Shown here one piece after another: positions 54,858-59,217 of a stretch of 59,217 nucleotides of DNA (position 1 is its first letter; each line of letters starts with the position of its first letter). The DNA lies in the NCBI GenBank assembly GCA_043801965.1, contig JAZDLN010000021.1, positions 1-59,217 of the forward strand, read 5' to 3'. The notes under the pieces are model-generated. The model saw only the letters and a program-made list of their open reading frames with translations. It had not been told where the DNA came from and made no database searches. The DNA is from Candidatus Falkowbacteria bacterium (GTDB lineage: Bacteria; Patescibacteriota; Patescibacteriia; Patescibacteriales; UBA12075). The position numbers were made by a program, and so were the translations under genes.

Positions 54858-57371
54858 TTAGGGACAAACACTCCCCGCCGTCGGCACTTCAGAACAGCAG
54901 GAAGGCGTGCCCGCACAGGTATTGGAAACGCTCGGATTAAAGCAATTCTGGTAAATATCCTTGATGCCTGATCCCGCCTGACTGCGATAGCGCAGGAACT
55001 CCCCTAAAGGCGCGTGCCGTATTTCCGCCTGCGTCCGGTCCGGAATACCGTCGTTGTTGTCATCCAGATCGTTCTTGACCACCCAGTAGCCGACGGGACG
55101 GTTGGCCAGGCTCCAGAGATTTATCGCCCGATGGATCACCGTCTCATTGCCGTTTACCACGCTGACGCTGCCGGTTTTAAGGCTTGATGACATCATTAAC
55201 TTGCTGCACGTTATCACGACCGGATCGGCCAGGGACACGTTAGCCGTATTATTGGTCGGCGCAAGAGCGTCGATTTCCGGCGGAGTCAGATCGAGAATAT
55301 CGCTAACGTAGAATGACCATTGGAAATTATCGCCGGTCCCGGCCGCCGGCGCATTCTCGTTATAGGAATTCACCGGACCGACCGCTTCCGAATCGCGATT
55401 GCCGTCCAGAGAGTTGGCGCAAGCATCGGCGATACCGGAGAGCGGCATAAGGGAAGACGGATAATTTATACCCGCCGCGTCTTCGCAGTGGCCGCCCGCG
55501 CAGTTATCGTAAGGGCTTTTGCTGGCGCAATTATCCGCGCCGCAACCCGTTAAAGAGGCCGCCGTCAATTCCACCCTTAAATTACTTAAGGCCGGAAGGC
55601 AGTAAATCCTCTCACCGCAAGCGTTAACTCCGCAGAGGTCGTCGCTTACGAACTCGACCGTCCGGTAACCGTTGGAAATAAGAAAACGGCCGGTCAGGGT
55701 GACTCCCGTGCCGATATTGACTATTCTTATATAAGGCGCCACGTCAGCCGCGTCCCCGGAAAGGGTGATCGGATTCATGGCCTCGTTGAAGTTAACCTGG
55801 ATCACGATATTCCGCGGCACGTCCCGCGCTCCTCCCTGGATCGTAACCGTATCGTTATCGTCTTGCCCTCCGGACATAGGGGTAACGGATAAGGCAATGG
55901 GGTTATTGGTGGATAAAAGTATATTATTGCCTCCTTGGCCGGCAATAACGGCCGTAATCGTAACAACCGGACCGGCGGCGGAAGCGGTAACGCTCGGATG
56001 ACCCGCTAAGGCGGCGGCTATATTGGCGGCCACGGTATTTAAATTAGGGCTCGTCGCGATATCGACGCCGAAAGAATAAGTTCGGTTATCAACCCTTAAA
56101 ATATCCGCGTTAACGCGGGCGGTCACGCCCGTAATCGTCCAAAAATTTCCGGCGCTCACGGGTCCGGGCGCGGTTAAGGAAAGAACTCCGGGAAAAGCCA
56201 CGGTATTCCCCGCGAAATTCGCGGCGCCCAAAGGCGTGGCGCCGTTAGTAAGCTGGGCGGTAACGCCGTCCGTCATTACGGTTACGGTCAGGTTGCCGCT
56301 TGCCTGATTATTAGGATCGATCGTGACCGTGGCGCCGGGAGGATTGACGGCCGCGTAGGACGGAGCCGCGGCCGCGCGCGGCTGGCCCGTTACCGTAACG
56401 GCGCCCGCCGCCCGGACAGCCGGAACGGTCGATATCGCGTCTTGGGCGTTATCCGGCGGAGGGATTATCCCGCCGTCAACCACTTGGGGCGGTGTAAGAT
56501 CAAGCCTGTTGCTTACCTGAAAACCCCACAGGGCGTAATCATTCGCGCAATTTCGGAATACCGGCGTACCGTTAGCCAATTCGATGTCATTCGAAAGGTA
56601 AACGCCATAGTTAATATATTCGCTCGGCGAACCCAGATAATTTACCGGATCAAGGAAGAAGGTGGCATTATCGTTAGTGCTGACAATAACTTCATCAACC
56701 AGACTCGGGCAGGCTCCCCCCGAAAGGCAGGCCGCCTGGTCGGATTGGTGGAATATCATTACCCGGTCGGTAAGTATATTATTGCTTCCGTCCATGATCG
56801 TGGCCGGATCGATCGGTTCCCGAAAGGTAATGATAATGCCGACATTGCGCGGAACTTCAGCCTGGCCGGGTTCGGGGTAAACGCTTAAAAGCGAACAGTT
56901 GCCCAAAGCCACCAAGCCGATGCCCGCCCCCGGTCCGCCGCCTGAGCCTGGATTATACGTGGTGGCGCCCAATAAACGGCTTAAAATAAAACTCACGATC
57001 GCGAAGGACATGAGTATGATTATTAGACCGACAATAGCCGCCGTCAGGGTTTGCTTGGCCTTGTTTATTTTCGACTCGTCGCCGGCACTCGTGGTCCAAA
57101 GCCAGCCGGCATACATTATAAGCAATACGGCGATTATCCCTAAAAATCCCAGAAGAACCCTGATTATATTAGCTATAATAATCCGCGGATCAGTGCTGCC
57201 TAAACCGGTAGCCGCCTGGACATTCCCTTCTGTTCCGCCCCAAAGCATGTTATTAGCGGCGGATTGGGCCGATACCGGAGCAGAAACGAAAAAACCGGCG
57301 GTCATTGCCATAATAGCGGCCGTTAAAGCGAATAGTATGAATTTTTTATATTTTTTCGGTCTTGGGATCAT
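54858..57371 (-). CDS. Large (837 aa) surface protein: same pilin-like membrane module + SbsA-type Ig-like repeats, Cys-rich C-terminus
   Basis: The N-terminal ~140 aa is colinear with the 1824-aa neighbour (AQSAANNMLWGGTEGNVQAATGLGSTDPRIIIANIIR...GWLWTTSAGDESKINKAKQTL...). Repeats follow with LDLTPPQV / LDLTPPEI and the PRN..I.V.F.E.M pattern. Confidence 0.8.
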   Translation of the reverse strand: MIPRPKKYKKFILFALTAAIMAMTAGFFVSAPVSAQSAANNMLWGGTEGNVQAATGLGSTDPRIIIANIIRVLLGFLGIIAVLLIMYAGWLWTTSAGDESKINKAKQTLTAAIVGLIIILMSFAIVSFILSRLLGATTYNPGSGGGPGAGIGLVALGNCSLLSVYPEPGQAEVPRNVGIIITFREPIDPATIMDGSNNILTDRVMIFHQSDQAACLSGGACPSLVDEVIVSTNDNATFFLDPVNYLGSPSEYINYGVYLSNDIELANGTPVFRNCANDYALWGFQVSNRLDLTPPQVVDGGIIPPPDNAQDAISTVPAVRAAGAVTVTGQPRAAAAPSYAAVNPPGATVTIDPNNQASGNLTVTVMTDGVTAQLTNGATPLGAANFAGNTVAFPGVLSLTAPGPVSAGNFWTITGVTARVNADILRVDNRTYSFGVDIATSPNLNTVAANIAAALAGHPSVTASAAGPVVTITAVIAGQGGNNILLSTNNPIALSVTPMSGGQDDNDTVTIQGGARDVPRNIVIQVNFNEAMNPITLSGDAADVAPYIRIVNIGTGVTLTGRFLISNGYRTVEFVSDDLCGVNACGERIYCLPALSNLRVELTAASLTGCGADNCASKSPYDNCAGGHCEDAAGINYPSSLMPLSGIADACANSLDGNRDSEAVGPVNSYNENAPAAGTGDNFQWSFYVSDILDLTPPEIDALAPTNNTANVSLADPVVITCSKLMMSSSLKTGSVSVVNGNETVIHRAINLWSLANRPVGYWVVKNDLDDNNDGIPDRTQAEIRHAPLGEFLRYRSQAGSGIKDIYQNCFNPSVSNTCAGTPSCCSEVPTAGSVCP

Positions 57372-57544
57372 AATAGAGCCGGGTTATGAATGGTTTTTCG
57401 CTGTCCGTAATATCTTGCCATTTAGGCAGTCTTTAAAAATTGATTATTAATACAAAATATTTTACAGTCTCTTTTCCGAATATTTTTTCTACGTGCTTTT
57501 CGAATACGCGTAATAATACCGCGCGCTTTGCCGGTTATCTCTCT

Positions 57545-58165
57545 TTATTTCATTTCATACACCTTCTTCTCGCCGTCCGGCATGGTGTACGAGAGCGTAT
57601 CGCCAGATAGCGAGGGCGGACCAAAACTCCAAATCGGGTCAGCGGCGGTTTCGTCTATCTTTATTTTCTCTTTAGTAAACAGGTTATAGATATACAAAAT
57701 CGAAATTTTCCCATCTGCCCCGGCCTCTTCCCTGACCTGGTCGTCCAGTTGTTCAACACCGGTCCAGACCGCGGACGGAACATAAGGCATCCAGCCGGTT
57801 TCGAGGTCGGGCTCGAACCCCCCCATGGCTCCCGGAGGGGCTTCAAAAAAATTCCAACTCCAGTCGGTCGTGTCGATTCTCAGATAGCCCATGGTATCAG
57901 CGGCTGCGTAAATATCCGACCAGAAATAGCGATCGTTATCTTTCCAGTCCCACATCCCGAAACTGCCCAAGGGTCCGTCATTACCGTAATGCTTTTGAGA
58001 TATTTCCGGCATCTTTAAAACAAATGCGTCTTCGATGGTATCGAGAGATTTTATGACGAGGGAATAGTCGGGGTCGTATAATGCGCCTTTTTCCAATACA
58101 ACATATTTTTCGTTTTGAGAGACGCGAAAATCAGGCAAGTAGTGCGAAATATAATTTTTTTTCAT
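57545..58165 (-). CDS. Hypothetical protein
   Basis: 206 aa, no TM helix and no family recognised. AT-richer block. Confidence 0.55.
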   Translation of the reverse strand: MKKNYISHYLPDFRVSQNEKYVVLEKGALYDPDYSLVIKSLDTIEDAFVLKMPEISQKHYGNDGPLGSFGMWDWKDNDRYFWSDIYAAADTMGYLRIDTTDWSWNFFEAPPGAMGGFEPDLETGWMPYVPSAVWTGVEQLDDQVREEAGADGKISILYIYNLFTKEKIKIDETAADPIWSFGPPSLSGDTLSYTMPDGEKKVYEMK

Positions 58166-58179
58166 CTCTGAAACTGTGA

Positions 58180-58662
58180 CTATTTTTTTTTGTGACCGTT
58201 ATAATCGCTTTTATATAATTCGCTCTTATAACCATCCACTTTATTGGCGCTTATTGAATCATAATTAAATAATCTAACATAATATATGCCACACTTGTGT
58301 AATTCTATTGGTCTATAGTTCGTTCTCACGTCATTAACGACTATTACTCTTTCTATTTTGGTATTGTTATCTTTTATGCTAATATTAATATTCCCGTTTT
58401 TTATTCCTGTTTTTTCAATCGTATATTCCGCCGTTTCATCATCTCCTAAACATCTCCACTCCGTCGTAGTAGCTTCCTGCTCTACCGTATTATCTTCCGA
58501 CGGCGCCGCGACATTCCCGGAATTGACCGGTTGCCCCGTATAAGTCACTGTGTGCTTATCCGCTTTAAAAAACAACATCCAAACGAACAACGACGCGAAC
58601 ACAAGTACTGCGACCAAAGCGGCTGTTACTACAAAAATATCTTCTTTTTTCATCTTATTCAT
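58180..58662 (-). CDS. Hypothetical membrane-anchored protein
   Basis: ATG at 58662 (MNKMKKED..) is preferred over the GTG at 58674. One TM helix, then an extracytoplasmic domain. Confidence 0.55.
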   Translation of the reverse strand: MNKMKKEDIFVVTAALVAVLVFASLFVWMLFFKADKHTVTYTGQPVNSGNVAAPSEDNTVEQEATTTEWRCLGDDETAEYTIEKTGIKNGNINISIKDNNTKIERVIVVNDVRTNYRPIELHKCGIYYVRLFNYDSISANKVDGYKSELYKSDYNGHKKK

Positions 58663-58834
58663 ACTCGAATTCACCCCGATTAGTGTTTAACTTGATTACC
58701 GTCATACCGTCTTCGGTCTCTTCGATCCCTTCATTCGTATTCCAGTCATACCCCCAAATCCTGGTCTGGTCATTGTTCTTATTGTAGAGTGCCTCCAGGA
58801 TAAAATTCTGGCGGCTCGTTACGGTCTGCGACAA
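58655..58834 (-). CDS. Possible small ORF (59 aa from TTG; open frame extends about 75 codons)
   Basis: The frame is stop-free from about 58885 to TAA at 58655-58657, and the stop overlaps the next gene's ATG region. There is no ATG and the start is uncertain. Confidence 0.25.
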   Translation of the reverse strand: MSQTVTSRQNFILEALYNKNNDQTRIWGYDWNTNEGIEETEDGMTVIKLNTNRGEFEYE

Positions 58835-58953
58835 TATTCTCTGGTTTTTGTTCCAGAGATAGATTACCGATGCCTGCGTGTTAATCTCTTCGTTTTTTAT
58901 TTTTTCTACAATATGCTACAATATAATTATAACTCAATTTTAAATTTCTATCC

Positions 58954-59217
58954 ATGAACAACGACAAAAATATCGCCATCAATCAAAATCATATTCCCTG
59001 GTACTTCGGCCGAAAATTCTGGGGGATACTGACGGCCCTGCCGTTTTTATTAAGCTTCCTGTTTTATTGGCACAATACCTATGATCCATTCTGGGAAAAA
59101 TTAAATAATTATTTTTCATATCTTGCCAGTGGCTTTTATTCAATATTAGATAGTCTCTTAGGCTCAATATACAAAAACGGAATTATTAAGTGGAATATTA
59201 TATTATATTATATTATA
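58954..59217 (+). CDS. Partial hypothetical membrane protein (runs off window end)
   Basis: ATG at 58954 followed by 88 stop-free codons to the window edge, with hydrophobic segments (WGILTALPFLLSFLFYW). It is more coding-like than the antisense 62-aa ORF listed at 58979-59167. Confidence 0.45.
   Translation, partial: MNNDKNIAINQNHIPWYFGRKFWGILTALPFLLSFLFYWHNTYDPFWEKLNNYFSYLASGFYSILDSLLGSIYKNGIIKWNIILYYII

Noticed and set aside
49257-57450. Multiple 60-180-aa ORFs antisense to, or out of frame with, the two giant genes (e.g. 50968-51396, 51733-52152, 54319-54789, 56899-57450)
   Set aside because: These are shadow frames of long, relatively GC-rich coding regions. Their products are Pro/Arg/Ala/Ser-rich with no start context. 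The minus-strand frames carry recognisable IPT, Ig-like and FN3 repeats.
58979-59167. 62-aa minus-strand ORF
   Set aside because: It lies antisense to a longer, more coding-like plus-strand frame that starts at ATG 58954 and runs off the window.
1-59217. Mobile elements, defence systems (CRISPR-Cas, RM, TA, retron, DGR, CBASS-like), prophage genes, rRNA
   Set aside because: I saw no transposase, integrase, reverse transcriptase, Cas, restriction or methylase, phage structural or rRNA signatures in any frame. The small RHH-like and zinc-ribbon pair at 26053-26577 lacks a recognisable toxin, so I do not call it a TA system.

Overview
The window reads like a chromosomal segment of a small-genome, Patescibacteria (CPR)-type bacterium; that assignment is inference from gene content. 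It uses the standard genetic code: RF2 is present and TGA, TAA and TAG all end recognisable genes. I can support about 47 protein genes, one tRNA-Pro(GGG), one SAM-I riboswitch, a pair of NrdR operators, and several promoters and intrinsic terminators. There is also a set of structured or repeated intergenic elements that ordinary annotation does not explain. I found no rRNA, CRISPR array, transposase, integrase or recognisable defence genes.

Layout:
- 0-16 kb: envelope genes, peptidases and riboswitch-controlled metK.
- 16.36-17.39 kb: a 1-kb ORF-free RNA locus with two promoter-to-terminator units on the minus strand.
- 17.3-23.6 kb: tandem M16C peptidase paralogs. One is frame-broken, and both carry an unusually conserved 5' leader.
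- 24-35 kb: comEC, a CoA-transferase, prfB, pepN, an M29 aminopeptidase and htrA.
- 36.5-43.4 kb: the nrdR-nrdD-nrdG operon plus hpt and LOG salvage genes.
- 43.6-57.4 kb: a co-directional block from two giant surface proteins, through Ca-binding-repeat proteins, into ybeY-dgkA-ftsA-ftsZ.

Most interesting leads:
- The class III ribonucleotide reductase is split. Its glycyl-radical motif sits on a separate, unlisted 45-codon ORF.
- The two giant Cys-rich proteins are built on a VirB2/TrbC-like pilin membrane module.
- Several elements look like unannotated structured RNAs: a promoter/terminator-bounded sRNA of about 260 nt, a tRNA-Pro unit with a self-mimicking minihelix leader, and a 132-nt cloverleaf-like element.
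- A helically phased ACGAA repeat family occurs at three loci.

All family assignments come from reading motifs by eye. No searches were run.
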